The notes: generated from the letters alone by a model not told the origin. 64,000 nt of DNA from Candidatus Latescibacterota bacterium (GCA_965207885.1 OZ242311.1:1728001-1792000), one strand, 5' to 3'; positions 19,223 to 30,134 are shown, counted from the stretch's first letter. Made by a program: numbers and translations.

Positions 19223-19235
19223 AAAAGGAGAACCC

Positions 19236-20297
19236 ATGACGGATAAGCATCGCATCGACTGTCTCTTCCTCTCTCAAGAAGACCTTCTGCAAGCCGGATG
19301 CCTGGACATACGGTTGGCAATGAGCGCGGCGGAAAACGCCATGCTCGCCTACCAAAAAAACGACATCCTTTTTCCAGAAAAAGTAGTTCAGATTTTCAAT
19401 GAAGACACCCAGGAACGCATTAACTGCCTGCCTGCGACCCTCTTGCCCGAAAAAATATGTGGGGCTAAGTGGGTATCCGTATTCCCGTTCAATCCCGAGA
19501 AATACGGCCAGCAGAATCTCTCTGCGGTCTTCATCCTATCCGAGATCGAGAAAGGCTACCCCATTGCCTTTATGGACGGCACCCTGTGCTCGAATATGCG
19601 CGTGGGTGCGATGGGTGGCATTGCCGCCAGGCATTTCGCAAGACCGGATTCCAGGAGCATTGCTTTTATTGGAGCAGGGGAACAGGCCAAGATGCACTTG
19701 ATCGCCATGAAGACGGTGTTTCCAGGCCTTGAGGAGTGCCGGGTTTCTGCCAAGCATGACCACGAAGAGCAGCAATTCATCGACGAAATGGCTGCCCTCT
19801 TTCGAGACATGCGTTTTTCCGCCGCCCATACAAATGCACAGCGGGCCATAGAGGGCGCCGACATTCTCGTCACAGCCACGAGCGCACAAGCCCCGCTTCT
19901 CAAAGCGGCGTGGATAAAGCCCGGCACTTTCTACAGCCATATCGGCGGCTGGGAGGACGAGTATGACGTGGCGAAACAATGCGAGAAAATTGTGTGCGAC
20001 GATTGGGAAACCGTAAAGCACAGAACGCAAACTCTCAGTCGTATGTACAAAGATGGACAACTCTCAGACGAGGACATTTACGCGAACCTCGTCGAAGTCG
20101 TCTCCGGCGAAAAAGGAGGAAGGGAGACCCCCGAAGAACGGGCCTACTTCAACGCAGTTGGCCTGGCCTATGTCGATGTGGCTATTGCATACGCGATGTA
20201 CCAACGAGCCAGAGAAGCGGGAAAAGGACGGATATCGAGCATCCAGGAGACCATGATCTTCCAGCACGAGAACCTATCAGATTGGATCCGGCTGTGA
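19236..20297 (+). CDS. Ornithine cyclodeaminase/mu-crystallin family protein
   Basis: CGAKWVSVFP.NP, MRVGAMG, IGAGEQA, VTATS, GLAYVD. Confidence 0.88.
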   Translation: MTDKHRIDCLFLSQEDLLQAGCLDIRLAMSAAENAMLAYQKNDILFPEKVVQIFNEDTQERINCLPATLLPEKICGAKWVSVFPFNPEKYGQQNLSAVFILSEIEKGYPIAFMDGTLCSNMRVGAMGGIAARHFARPDSRSIAFIGAGEQAKMHLIAMKTVFPGLEECRVSAKHDHEEQQFIDEMAALFRDMRFSAAHTNAQRAIEGADILVTATSAQAPLLKAAWIKPGTFYSHIGGWEDEYDVAKQCEKIVCDDWETVKHRTQTLSRMYKDGQLSDEDIYANLVEVVSGEKGGRETPEERAYFNAVGLAYVDVAIAYAMYQRAREAGKGRISSIQETMIFQHENLSDWIRL

Positions 20298-20344
20298 AGC
20301 CATCGGCAATGACCAACTGAACTCGCGACAATCTTGCGACATAA

Positions 20345-21061
20345 CTACTCAAAGAACCCCTCATCGTGGGGTCGTAAATCGATCTCGAAACCCCAGGCAC
20401 CTTTGTCCTGCTGCACCAGACGCCAATAGGCATCGGCCACGGCGTCAATATTCATGAGAGGTTCACTCTCCTCAACATCTCCTCTCTCGTGCAACAAGGG
20501 GGTATCCAGCACCCCGTCTATGATAACGTGGGCCACGTGAATGCCTTCGGGCCACAGCTCGCGGGCTAATGCCCAGGCCAAACCGCGCACCGCAAACTTG
20601 GCACTGCTAAAGGCAATGGCACCTCCCCGGCCTCGAATGGACGAAGTAGCGCCAGTAAAAAGAATGGCCCCACCACCCGCAGACAGCATATCGCCGACCA
20701 CTTCCTTTGCACACAGAAAGGAGCCGTAGGCACACACGCGCCAGGATAATTCAAACTCATCCAGGGTCAGTTCATGAAAGTTTTTCCATGAAGCATTGCC
20801 AGCGTGGTTGATCAGGACATCAACCGGACCCAATTCCTCGCGCACCCGGGCAAAACTCTGGATCACCTGCTGGGGATCGGTGATATCCGTAGGTAAGGCT
20901 AAAGCTCTCACACCTTCTTGCAGCAGTTCTTCTGCCAGCTCCTGGATATAATCAGGGGACCGGGCCAGCAACCCCACCTGATAGCCTTCGCCTGCAAACT
21001 TCCTCACCAGCGCGGCACCTAAACCAGAGCCGACCCCTGAAATAACAGCCGTTTTGGACAT
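20345..21061 (-). CDS. Short-chain dehydrogenase/reductase
   Basis: GVGSGLG, FTGATSSIRG, FSSAKFAVR. Confidence 0.9.
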   Translation of the reverse strand: MSKTAVISGVGSGLGAALVRKFAGEGYQVGLLARSPDYIQELAEELLQEGVRALALPTDITDPQQVIQSFARVREELGPVDVLINHAGNASWKNFHELTLDEFELSWRVCAYGSFLCAKEVVGDMLSAGGGAILFTGATSSIRGRGGAIAFSSAKFAVRGLAWALARELWPEGIHVAHVIIDGVLDTPLLHERGDVEESEPLMNIDAVADAYWRLVQQDKGAWGFEIDLRPHDEGFFE

Positions 21062-21099
21062 AGTAATCTCCTCGAGTTTTTTGGTCTTAAAAAAACAAA

Positions 21100-21133
21100 C
21101 TGGATCACGGCTCAAAACCATGCCGCGATGACA
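21100..21133. repeat. Dispersed palindromic element A, copy 2
   Basis: CTGGATCACGGCTCAAAACCATGCCGCGATGACA. Confidence 0.85.
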
Positions 21134-21164
21134 ATTACATCCCTATATGGCATCGCCAACACTC

Positions 21165-22193
21165 TTACGGACCTTGCACCCCCATCGGATGCGGACCATG
21201 GGTCATCACACCCTGTCGCGCGTGGGCATAAACCGCATCCTGAATCTCGAGAATACGCACCGCATCAACAATCGTTGGCTCAAACGCATTGCCCTCACGG
21301 CTCGCGTCTAACGCCTTACCCATCACGCGCTGCATGCGCTCGCCGTGCGAAATATCCTCGCTGAACTGGACGCCCTCAGTCGTATGAACCTCAATCAAAG
21401 GCTCGCCATTGCGACCGTACTGCTCAAAAACCGAAGCCTTTGTACCGATAAACCGAAAAAAATGATCCCCACTGCGCGTACCCGCCGGATAAGAATAACC
21501 GGACTCAACGATCCCGGTAATCCCGTCATCCGTCCGCAACACGCCGACACCACTATCCTCCACCCCCCGGCTATACATCGCATTGGACATCACCGCACCA
21601 ACAACGGAAATATGCCGATCACCAACAAATTGCAAAAACGTATCAATCCCATGCGCCGCCTCAACTGCCCAGCAGCCGCCACCGGAAATATCCGGATCAT
21701 TATGCCACGCTGACGGCGTCGGATCATAGCGGGACGGAGGCCCATTATTCAACCTGCTATTATACAGCACCAGATCGCCCAAACTGCCATCCGCCGCCAT
21801 ATCTTCCACCAGATGGACAATTCGGCTCGCGCGATTGGGCAGCACCAGCGCACTGAACACACCGTACTTCTCCGAAGCCTCGGCAACGGGACGCAAACGG
21901 TCTGCACAATCGGCAAACGGCTTATCCAGAAGATAGGGAACGCGGCGATCCACACAGGCTTGCACATGAGACGGCATCTCAACGTGTTTCCCCGCAACAA
22001 GTGCCGCATCTGGCTGACACGCATCGAGACACGCACCCGCCGACTCGAAACTATGGCACTGAAACTCCTCCGCCAACTGTTGCCGGGGACCTGCATCGCC
22101 ATCCATAACACCGACAATATCGTGACCCAGTCCGTGTGCGGTACGCGCCATACCCCGTCCGTGGTGACTATAGGAAAGAACAACCAGTTTCAT
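21165..22193 (-). CDS. Gfo/Idh/MocA oxidoreductase
   Basis: LLDKPFA, SGGGCWAVEAAHGID. Confidence 0.8.
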   Translation of the reverse strand: MKLVVLSYSHHGRGMARTAHGLGHDIVGVMDGDAGPRQQLAEEFQCHSFESAGACLDACQPDAALVAGKHVEMPSHVQACVDRRVPYLLDKPFADCADRLRPVAEASEKYGVFSALVLPNRASRIVHLVEDMAADGSLGDLVLYNSRLNNGPPSRYDPTPSAWHNDPDISGGGCWAVEAAHGIDTFLQFVGDRHISVVGAVMSNAMYSRGVEDSGVGVLRTDDGITGIVESGYSYPAGTRSGDHFFRFIGTKASVFEQYGRNGEPLIEVHTTEGVQFSEDISHGERMQRVMGKALDASREGNAFEPTIVDAVRILEIQDAVYAHARQGVMTHGPHPMGVQGP

Positions 22194-22208
22194 GCATTAT
22201 CTCCCTTC

Positions 22209-22985
22209 TCAATCCAACGCCACGATAGACCGACACAGCACTTTACCGCGCTCTGACAGAGAATCGTAAATCGCACGGGGCATCTCTCCATCTCGGCCGG
22301 GTCGGCGAAACCAGGGCGCGTAATAGCCCACACTCGTCATAATACGCACATCCCGAGACATATTGGGCGTCCCCCCGTGCCAGCAGCGCACATCTCGAAA
22401 AATCGCCGACTTGCTCGGCGCGCAAGCCACGGAATGCTTCATCCAATCGGGTTCATCCTCCAGACTGGGAATCGGCTGGCGCGAGCGATGGGTGCCGCGG
22501 ATAAATCGCGTAGCCCCATTCTCCACACTAAAATCAATCATCGGAAAATTGACCACAATAAACGGCACCGGAACATCCATAATCGTCACCCGCTGCTCGG
22601 GATCATTGATCAAATCGGGCATATCGCGGTGCAAATGCTGGATTTTTGCCCCCGGCAGCGAATAATCACCGCCAGCACCGCTGCACACAAACTGATTACT
22701 ATTGAAAATAGCTTCAATAATAGGTAAAATAGTAGGCAGATCAACCAGCATCGCCCATTCGGGGTGATGGATCTGCGAACCAAACGAATAACGCGCAAAC
22801 CCCCTATTCGCCTTCTCCAGCGGGACCGCGCTCGTCTGTTCCGCAACAACGCGATGCGCGCCCTCCACAAGAAAAGCGAACTGATCATCGGTCAGCGCAT
22901 CCGTCACAACCGCAAGCCCATCGCGATGAAAAACAGAGGCAGCGCGGTCAACTTCTGACGGTTCAATAAGTTCGAGATCGAGCAT
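22209..22985 (-). CDS. PhyH-family Fe(II)/2OG dioxygenase
   Basis: QHLHRD (HxD), ENGATRFIRGTH, WHGG; start MLDLEL. Confidence 0.85.
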   Translation of the reverse strand: MLDLELIEPSEVDRAASVFHRDGLAVVTDALTDDQFAFLVEGAHRVVAEQTSAVPLEKANRGFARYSFGSQIHHPEWAMLVDLPTILPIIEAIFNSNQFVCSGAGGDYSLPGAKIQHLHRDMPDLINDPEQRVTIMDVPVPFIVVNFPMIDFSVENGATRFIRGTHRSRQPIPSLEDEPDWMKHSVACAPSKSAIFRDVRCWHGGTPNMSRDVRIMTSVGYYAPWFRRPGRDGEMPRAIYDSLSERGKVLCRSIVALD

Positions 22986-23008
22986 AAGAATCTCCAAAGG
23001 AGGTTGTT

Positions 23009-23869
23009 GTGGATGAAAAAACAGATAACCTGCAAGACACGTACGAGCCTGGCGAATACGACCCCGCGCTCTACAAATACGCCCGCATCGCCGAATCTGT
23101 TGACGGCTTTGAAAACGTAAGCGACGAGCACATCGCGCAATTTCACGCACAGGGCTTTTTGCCAATACAGAGCGCGTATTCCAGCGCACAGGTCAACGAC
23201 GGCATGGCCGCAGTAAAAGAATTGATCGCAGGGCAAAATCGCGAATTCAGGGGCGTACAATTCGAGCGCGGGCGCGCCAAACAGGTCAAACGATCAGAGG
23301 GTCACGCGCGCGAACTACTCGTGCGAAAACTCACCCGATTTGTCGGATTTGATCCGCGACTGGACGCATTTGGCGAAGACCCACAACTGATAGATATTTT
23401 GACCCGCATCATGGGGGAACCGCCCAAACTATTTGCCAACCAGGCCATGTTAAAACCGCCCGGCATTGGACGCGAAAAACCCTGGCACCAGGATCACGCC
23501 TACTTTAACGTGCCCATGCACACCTGCATCGTCAGCGCGTGGGTTGCCCTCGACCCCGCGGATCCCGAAAATGGGTGCATGCACGTCATCCCCCAAAGCC
23601 ACCGAGCAGGTCCCGTCATACATTTTAAAAGACGCGACTGGCAAATCTGCGACACCGACGTCGTGCGCAACCACATCACCGCAGTAGCTCTGCAACCCGG
23701 TGGCGTACTCCTCTGGCACGGGCGACTGCACCACGGCTCTCCGGAGAACCGATCAAACCGCCGTCGCCGCGCCCTGCAACTGCATTACATCCCCAGATCC
23801 ATAGAGGAAATTTCTTCAGAAGAACGCCTCGCCGTCTATGGCAACGAAGGCAAGGATGTAACGTGTTAG
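23009..23869 (+). CDS. PhyH-family Fe(II)/2OG dioxygenase
   Basis: KPWHQD, ENGCMHVIPQSH, LHHGS. Confidence 0.9.
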   Translation: MDEKTDNLQDTYEPGEYDPALYKYARIAESVDGFENVSDEHIAQFHAQGFLPIQSAYSSAQVNDGMAAVKELIAGQNREFRGVQFERGRAKQVKRSEGHARELLVRKLTRFVGFDPRLDAFGEDPQLIDILTRIMGEPPKLFANQAMLKPPGIGREKPWHQDHAYFNVPMHTCIVSAWVALDPADPENGCMHVIPQSHRAGPVIHFKRRDWQICDTDVVRNHITAVALQPGGVLLWHGRLHHGSPENRSNRRRRALQLHYIPRSIEEISSEERLAVYGNEGKDVTC

Positions 23870-23876
23870 ACGTATG

Positions 23877-24956
23877 TCACACCTTTCTCGCATCTTCCCT
23901 GGCACATATCGCCTCGCTCCCGGCAATAGCAACGCGCATCGCACTGAGACCGTCTTCGTGCGTAACGCTAAACGGCGCATCGTCGATACACTGCGTAATA
24001 AAATACGCGAGTTCATTCTTATACGACTCGCCAAAACGGGTAATAAACACGGGCACATCGGGACCGTAATCCCGCAAGGAAATGGATTCTTTGTAAATCA
24101 CACCATCAGGACCATACGCCTCCACCTCAACCCTGTGCGGATCCTCCTGAAAATGCCCCACGTGAATCACCCCGCCATCGCCATAAATCCAGGTCGCATT
24201 GCGATATCCCGCAACGTGATTGCGACTGACCATAACCTGACCAATTAAGCGACCGGGAAACCACATCTGTAAAAAAGCATCGTCGTAATCCTCTTCAACA
24301 GTACTGATAGTACAATTGTAAAGATTGGACCCAAACGCGGCCACATATTCGGGCATAGGACCGCCGAGCAACCAGAGAATCTCATCGCAATTGTGAACAG
24401 CCATATCGGTAAGCAAGCCCGCGCTATTATAACCAACGGGCGGTGGAATAGGGTCCTCCAGCACCGAAACAATTTTGAACACATTGCCGATGGCGTTTTG
24501 TTCCAACAACGCTTTTGCCCTCAACAACGGAGCGTCAAACCGGCGCATAAAAGCCAGCATCAGCGCGTTTTTCCGCCTGGGATCCCGATTCAAATCGGCA
24601 ACAAAAGCCTCGGCGGACACGAGCGAATGGGTCAGCGGCTTCTCCAAAAGCACGCGACAACCCGCATCAACAAGTACTCGCGCATCGCGTTCGTGATCTT
24701 CTGTGCGTGACGCAACAAGCGCGGCATCGATCAAATCCGACGCTACAAGATCAGACACATCGTTAAACGCGTGAATCTCCGTCGCCTGATCTGCCTGAAG
24801 CTCTGCAGCCACGCGACTGGCCGTATCGCCATAAGTATCGGACACAGCGACGAGTTCGCACACACCCGTTTCCCGGGCGAGTTCTTGAACATGCCGGGCG
24901 TGAAAGACGCCAATGCGCCCAACACCGACCACGGCCATGCGGATGGGTTTATTCAT
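23877..24956 (-). CDS. Gfo/Idh/MocA oxidoreductase (inositol dehydrogenase-like)
   Basis: GVGRIG, LEKP, FMRRFD, DMAVH. Confidence 0.88.
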   Translation of the reverse strand: MNKPIRMAVVGVGRIGVFHARHVQELARETGVCELVAVSDTYGDTASRVAAELQADQATEIHAFNDVSDLVASDLIDAALVASRTEDHERDARVLVDAGCRVLLEKPLTHSLVSAEAFVADLNRDPRRKNALMLAFMRRFDAPLLRAKALLEQNAIGNVFKIVSVLEDPIPPPVGYNSAGLLTDMAVHNCDEILWLLGGPMPEYVAAFGSNLYNCTISTVEEDYDDAFLQMWFPGRLIGQVMVSRNHVAGYRNATWIYGDGGVIHVGHFQEDPHRVEVEAYGPDGVIYKESISLRDYGPDVPVFITRFGESYKNELAYFITQCIDDAPFSVTHEDGLSAMRVAIAGSEAICAREDARKV

Positions 24957-24977
24957 AGAAAATTCCTCTATTACAAA

Positions 24978-25997
24978 TTATGCGGAAATTTGAACGACCT
25001 CTCCCGTCTCAACACTATGGCTAATCGCCTCTAAAACGCGCATATTCTCATAGGCATCCTCAAGACTCGAATGAGGCTGTATATCGGCTTGCAGCGACTG
25101 TGCCCAATGCTGCATCTCTTCGAGATAGCCGGGACGCCCGACGCTGTGAAATGCGGTATTGAGATCCCATTCTTCGGTAGGCGTATCGGCGTACCCACCG
25201 CCAGAATCGAGCCATGTCGGAACGCGGTAACGGCGCAACTTGCGCGTCTCAAACACCTGAATTGCCTGACTATTCGTACCCTTGACAAAAATCATCGCCT
25301 CCAAAACCGGACCCGTGCCGAGCGTCATCGTACCGATGCCACCATTCTCATAACGCAAATTAACGGATATTGACACCGTACCAGACGTACCATCAACAGA
25401 ACCCAGCGCAAAAACCTCGCTGACCTGCCCCATAAAAAAACGCATGCAATCGGTAGGATGGATAACCTGATCAATCATAAAGGGCCACGCAAAAGGCGAT
25501 CCCATCTCCTGTAACCGAGGACCAGGCGCCATGTAGCGGGTATGGTATTGACAAGCATTGCCGAACGCCTCATCGTCCATCAACTCCCTGGCAATCTGAT
25601 GTGCGGGGGCATGCCGCCACATTGTGCCCACCATCCCTGTTTTACCGGTAGCAACTGAGGCATCGACCAGCATCTTCGCACCCTCAGAGGTAGTCGCGGG
25701 CGGCTTCTCGGTATAGATATGATAACCCCGCTGAAGACACGCAATGCCGATATCCCGATGTAATTTGTCCTCTGGCCTGCCCACAACGGCAACAGCGTGG
25801 AGATCTTCATGCTTGAACATCTCGTCGTAATCGGTATAATAGCGGAGTGCGCCGAACCTGCGCGCATTTGATCTCGCCTTCTCCTCAACGAGATCGCAAG
25901 TAGCGACAAATTCAAACTCCGGCACCAGCGGTATGCACCGCTGCAATTGAGACGACATATTACCACAGCCAATAAATGCCACTCGGATTTTGTCCAT
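24978..25997 (-). CDS. Gfo/Idh/MocA oxidoreductase
   Basis: IGCGNM, TEKPP, DQVIH. Confidence 0.87.
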   Translation of the reverse strand: MDKIRVAFIGCGNMSSQLQRCIPLVPEFEFVATCDLVEEKARSNARRFGALRYYTDYDEMFKHEDLHAVAVVGRPEDKLHRDIGIACLQRGYHIYTEKPPATTSEGAKMLVDASVATGKTGMVGTMWRHAPAHQIARELMDDEAFGNACQYHTRYMAPGPRLQEMGSPFAWPFMIDQVIHPTDCMRFFMGQVSEVFALGSVDGTSGTVSISVNLRYENGGIGTMTLGTGPVLEAMIFVKGTNSQAIQVFETRKLRRYRVPTWLDSGGGYADTPTEEWDLNTAFHSVGRPGYLEEMQHWAQSLQADIQPHSSLEDAYENMRVLEAISHSVETGEVVQISA

Positions 25998-26076
25998 GAT
26001 ATATTCTCCAATGCGAAATAAGTTAAAAATAATCCCGCTCGAGTACGAATAAACAGAGAGCAAAAGGCTAACATAT

Positions 26077-26170
26077 AGCGGTCAGCAGTCAGCTATCAGC
26101 AGTCAGCAAAACAAGCAGCTTTTGATCTGGGGTGGATGGGTTAGGTGCTGAAAGCTGATGGCTGATAGCT
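26077..26170. repeat. Inverted arrays of 7-bp tandem repeats
   Basis: AGCGGTC-AGCAGTC-AGCTATC-AGCAGTC ... GCTGAAA-GCTGATG-GCTGATA. Confidence 0.75.
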
Positions 26171-26231
26171 AATTGCTTGTTGAATGAATAGCCATCCATG
26201 ACCTCTGTCAACCCCATTCTGGAGGTAAAAA

Positions 26232-27251
26232 ATGAAAGTAGCTGCAATATTTGGTGAACGCAAAGGCGGCGTAATAGACGTACCAGATCCAAAGCCAAAA
26301 GACAACTGGGTACTGGTAAAAATTCACGCCGCACCGATGTGTACAGAATACAAGGGATTTACAGGCGGCAGAAAAACCACCTCTCTGGGACACGAAGCAG
26401 CCGGCGAAGTCGTTGAAATCGCCCAACCCGGGCGCGTATCAGTCGGCGACCGCGTAGCCGTCATGCCCCAATATCCGTGTGGTACATGCCCATTGTGTGT
26501 CAGCGGCGATTACATCCACTGTCAACAAAGCGCCAACTTTGCCGAATTCACGGGCGGAGAAGAAGGCCGAGCCACCATGGCACAATACCTCTTAAAACCC
26601 GACTGGCTACTCCCAAAAATTCCCGACGACGTCTCTTATGAACACGGCGGAATGGCCTGCTGCGGTCTGGGACCCACATTCGGCGCAATACAGCGCATGC
26701 AAGTAAATGCCTATGACACATTCATGGTCACCGGCCTTGGTCCCGTGGGACTTGGAGGCGTAATCAACGGCAAACACCTGGGCGCGCGCGTAATAGCCGT
26801 AGATATCAACCCCTATCGGCGCGAAAAAGCCCTCGAACTGGGCGCAGACGAAGCAATCGACCCACTCGAAGAAAACGCCCTGCAACAAATAATGGACCTC
26901 ACCAACGGCGTTGGTGTAGATGCCGCCGTAGATTGCTCGGGTGCCGTATCTGCACACCGGTTGTGCATCGACGCTGCGCGACGGCGCGGACAGGTGGCAT
27001 TCGTGGGCGAATGCGGAGAAGACACCCCCTTGCGAATCAGCCAGGACATGATCCGAAAAGGCATCACACTCATCGGCTCATGGCATTACAACTTAAAAGA
27101 CGTACCAAAACTCATGCAAGTCGTCCGCGCAAACACAGACAAATTGGATCGGATGATCTCACACACATTCTCACTCGAAGACGTACAAAAAGCCTGGGAA
27201 TTGCAAACCACAGGCGCGTGTGCAAAAGTCGTATTGAAACCGTGGGCGTGA
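26232..27251 (+). CDS. Zinc-dependent alcohol dehydrogenase (MDR family)
   Basis: GHEAAG, CGTCPLC...C, GLGPVG. Confidence 0.92.
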   Translation: MKVAAIFGERKGGVIDVPDPKPKDNWVLVKIHAAPMCTEYKGFTGGRKTTSLGHEAAGEVVEIAQPGRVSVGDRVAVMPQYPCGTCPLCVSGDYIHCQQSANFAEFTGGEEGRATMAQYLLKPDWLLPKIPDDVSYEHGGMACCGLGPTFGAIQRMQVNAYDTFMVTGLGPVGLGGVINGKHLGARVIAVDINPYRREKALELGADEAIDPLEENALQQIMDLTNGVGVDAAVDCSGAVSAHRLCIDAARRRGQVAFVGECGEDTPLRISQDMIRKGITLIGSWHYNLKDVPKLMQVVRANTDKLDRMISHTFSLEDVQKAWELQTTGACAKVVLKPWA

Positions 27252-27266
27252 AGGAGGAAGAACGCA

Positions 27267-28289
27267 ATGCTTAAATGTGCAATAATCGGCGTAAGCGGCG
27301 GACGCGCGCGGGGATTGGCAGAAGCGTATCAACACGTAACACACGGCAAACTCGCTGCAATCTCCACCCGAACAGAAGAAAACCTGCACGCATTTGGCGA
27401 TACATTTGACGTCAATACGCGATATTTGGACTATCGGGAAATGTTTGAAAAAGAACAACCGGACCTGGTACACGTAAATACCCCGCCCAGTGTGCGACTG
27501 GAAGTATTCGAAGCCGCGGAAAACGCCGGTGTACCCGCTGTCCTCGTGGAAAAACCCATAGCAATTCAGGGAGAGGATTGGCGTGCAATCAAAAACTTTG
27601 CAACAACTGCAAAAACCAAAATCGCGGTAAATCACCAGCTCCACTTTCACCCGCGCAGGCAACAATTGCAAAATATCGTACAGGAAGGAAAAATCGGCGA
27701 CATCCGATTTATCGAAGCGAGCTGCGGCATGAACCTGGCGTATCAGGGCACCCATGCACTACAAGCCATCGCCGCCTTTCATCCAGACGGCCTCCCCACA
27801 AAAGTAATGGGACAAGCCTCTGGCACAGACGGCCTGGAAGACACACCAAAAAAACACTTCGCGCCCGACCAGTGCATCGGAGCAATAGAATATGCCGATG
27901 GCCTGCGCGCCCAACTCATATCGGGACCATTTGCCCCCCGCGTAACAAATGAAGACCGCACCAATGTCCACAAGCGCATCGCCGCCTATGGCACGCGGGG
28001 ATATGTACACTGGACCATGTGGTCGTGGGAAACAGGTATCGATGGCCACATTGAGCGGGGCACGCACGAATACCCGGACGAAGACATACTCGGACAAGCC
28101 GCCATGACAGACGCCATGCTACAATGGATAGAAAACGACGCAAAGGTCCACCCTCTGAACCTGGACCTCGCCTTGCGCGACTTCAACATCATCCTGGGAA
28201 TCTACACAAGCGCGTTGGAACATCGGCCCGTAGAACTGCCCTTCAACCCAGCGGATAATCTGATAGATGCCTTGAGAACGCGCCTTTAG
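27267..28289 (+). CDS. Gfo/Idh/MocA oxidoreductase
   Basis: VEKPIA, NHQL, QGTH. Confidence 0.85.
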   Translation: MLKCAIIGVSGGRARGLAEAYQHVTHGKLAAISTRTEENLHAFGDTFDVNTRYLDYREMFEKEQPDLVHVNTPPSVRLEVFEAAENAGVPAVLVEKPIAIQGEDWRAIKNFATTAKTKIAVNHQLHFHPRRQQLQNIVQEGKIGDIRFIEASCGMNLAYQGTHALQAIAAFHPDGLPTKVMGQASGTDGLEDTPKKHFAPDQCIGAIEYADGLRAQLISGPFAPRVTNEDRTNVHKRIAAYGTRGYVHWTMWSWETGIDGHIERGTHEYPDEDILGQAAMTDAMLQWIENDAKVHPLNLDLALRDFNIILGIYTSALEHRPVELPFNPADNLIDALRTRL

Positions 28290-28295
28290 AACTTC

Positions 28296-29303
28296 TCAAT
28301 CCCAGGTATAGTCCGTCGCGCCTTCTTCACACGCAAAAGCCGACTCGATCATCGCATTCAAATCGCCTTGCGGACGATAATCAATCAAACTCTTGGCCTT
28401 GCCAATGGCATGGTCATACATGTACTGGAGGGGAACTCTGACCTCAAGCGGCTCAACCCCTCTTCTTTCTCCAATCAACCGCGCCCCTTCGGTAAAAGGA
28501 AATGGCTCTGGCGCGCCGGCATTGAACGACTCGCCCAGCGCCGCGCCAGAGTTCATCGCGCAAACCAGACAATGGGCAATATCGCGGGCATCCTGCGGTT
28601 GATAAAGCCAGGGGCGTCCATCCTCATCCGTAATACTACACGGTTGCTGCGGAGACGCCGCCTTCGCTTCAATATCGTGCCACAGTTCCGTACCATCGGC
28701 CATATAGAGTTCCGTACCGGGTCTTTCCTGGCTTTTCTTCAACAAATTGACCACGCGCGCCACGCTGAACTGATTCAAAATTTTAGTCCCGGACAAAACG
28801 TGACTCGGGCGCACAATAGAATAGCGTAAACCCGTCTCTCGATTCGCGCGTTCTGCCATCACCTCACCAAAATACTTGGACATAGAATACTCGCCATCCG
28901 GCCGTTTGGGATGCAATTCATCCACCGGATGATAAGCACACGGAACATTTTCGCCATTATTGGGAAACACACCCGAAGAACTGGTATAAACATAGCGTTC
29001 GAGCCGATCGGCAACGCCCTCACACGCGCGTGTAACCTGGAGATTGATCTGGTTATTAAGTTCAAAATGCGGACCGACGAGATTGGCGGTATGAATAACC
29101 GCATCCACGCCCTCGACGGCATCTTTAACATAAGATAAATCCGTCAAATCTCCCTCGCGCAACTCAATATCGACACCATCGAGACGGCTGCGCGCGGGAT
29201 CGTCGGAAAGAATGGTCCCACGAACTTCACAATTTTGGTCGAGCAACTGGCGCACCAGCCGGCAACCAACCTGTCCGGCGGCGCCTGTAACGAGAACCTT
29301 CAT
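28296..29303 (-). CDS. NAD-dependent epimerase/dehydratase (extended SDR)
   Basis: TGAAGQVG, YTSS, YSMSK. Confidence 0.88.
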   Translation of the reverse strand: MKVLVTGAAGQVGCRLVRQLLDQNCEVRGTILSDDPARSRLDGVDIELREGDLTDLSYVKDAVEGVDAVIHTANLVGPHFELNNQINLQVTRACEGVADRLERYVYTSSSGVFPNNGENVPCAYHPVDELHPKRPDGEYSMSKYFGEVMAERANRETGLRYSIVRPSHVLSGTKILNQFSVARVVNLLKKSQERPGTELYMADGTELWHDIEAKAASPQQPCSITDEDGRPWLYQPQDARDIAHCLVCAMNSGAALGESFNAGAPEPFPFTEGARLIGERRGVEPLEVRVPLQYMYDHAIGKAKSLIDYRPQGDLNAMIESAFACEEGATDYTWD

Positions 29304-29330
29304 AAAATCTCCTTTTGATTTTTTGATCTA

Positions 29331-30134
29331 CTACATAGAACCCCTTGTTTGATACGCATCTGCCCTTGCTTGCCGCGCCGTCTGTTTGTTCTTTTGCCAA
29401 TATGCATCAACGGGCTTATCGCGCGTCTGGGGTGGCGTCCTGAACGTAAGCGTATAAGCCCTCCGCGGAACATCTGTGCGATTTGGCTCTGCGTAGTGAA
29501 GCATATAACACGCGTGAAGCGAAGCCCCGCCAGCCGCAACAGGGCAAGGAACCGCCCGCGCGGTGTACTGTTCGGGATCATCAACCTCAAGACCGTGAAT
29601 GCGCGGATCCCGGTTAATACTGTGATGCGGCAAAACATCGAGCTTGTGGCTACCCGGAATAAACTGCAAACAGCCGGATTCCACCGTCGCATCGTCCAGT
29701 GGCATCCAAAAATTTACACCTTTGTACGCCATCGCAGGATCGTGATACGCCTGATCTTGATGCCATGGCGTTGGCGCACCAATACGCGGCGGCTTGTAAA
29801 TCATGTGTTCGCCATTCCTATCGAGCATATCAGAACCCAGCAACTGCCGCGCAATCGCCCGCGCATTAGCCAGATAGAGCGTATCCTTCAGTTCGGGCGC
29901 AAAACGGCTGGGACCGAGCATTTGCGGAAGACGTGGTTGATCATCCTCATCTGTACCCGCCAGATCAAACTGACTCCCCTGATCCCACCCCGTGCGATCC
30001 GAAAAAAGCCGATCGTAAATTTTCCGAAGCTGTTCCACCACCTCCTCCGTCGTAATCGCATTGAGAACGAGGAACCCATCCTCGTGAAATGAATAAATTT
30101 GTTCCTGTGAAAGAGAAATTGTTGGCTCTATCAT
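29331..30134 (-). CDS. PhyH-family Fe(II)/2OG dioxygenase
   Basis: TPWHQD, SGCLQFIPGSH, MLHYA. Confidence 0.9.
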   Translation of the reverse strand: MIEPTISLSQEQIYSFHEDGFLVLNAITTEEVVEQLRKIYDRLFSDRTGWDQGSQFDLAGTDEDDQPRLPQMLGPSRFAPELKDTLYLANARAIARQLLGSDMLDRNGEHMIYKPPRIGAPTPWHQDQAYHDPAMAYKGVNFWMPLDDATVESGCLQFIPGSHKLDVLPHHSINRDPRIHGLEVDDPEQYTARAVPCPVAAGGASLHACYMLHYAEPNRTDVPRRAYTLTFRTPPQTRDKPVDAYWQKNKQTARQARADAYQTRGSM

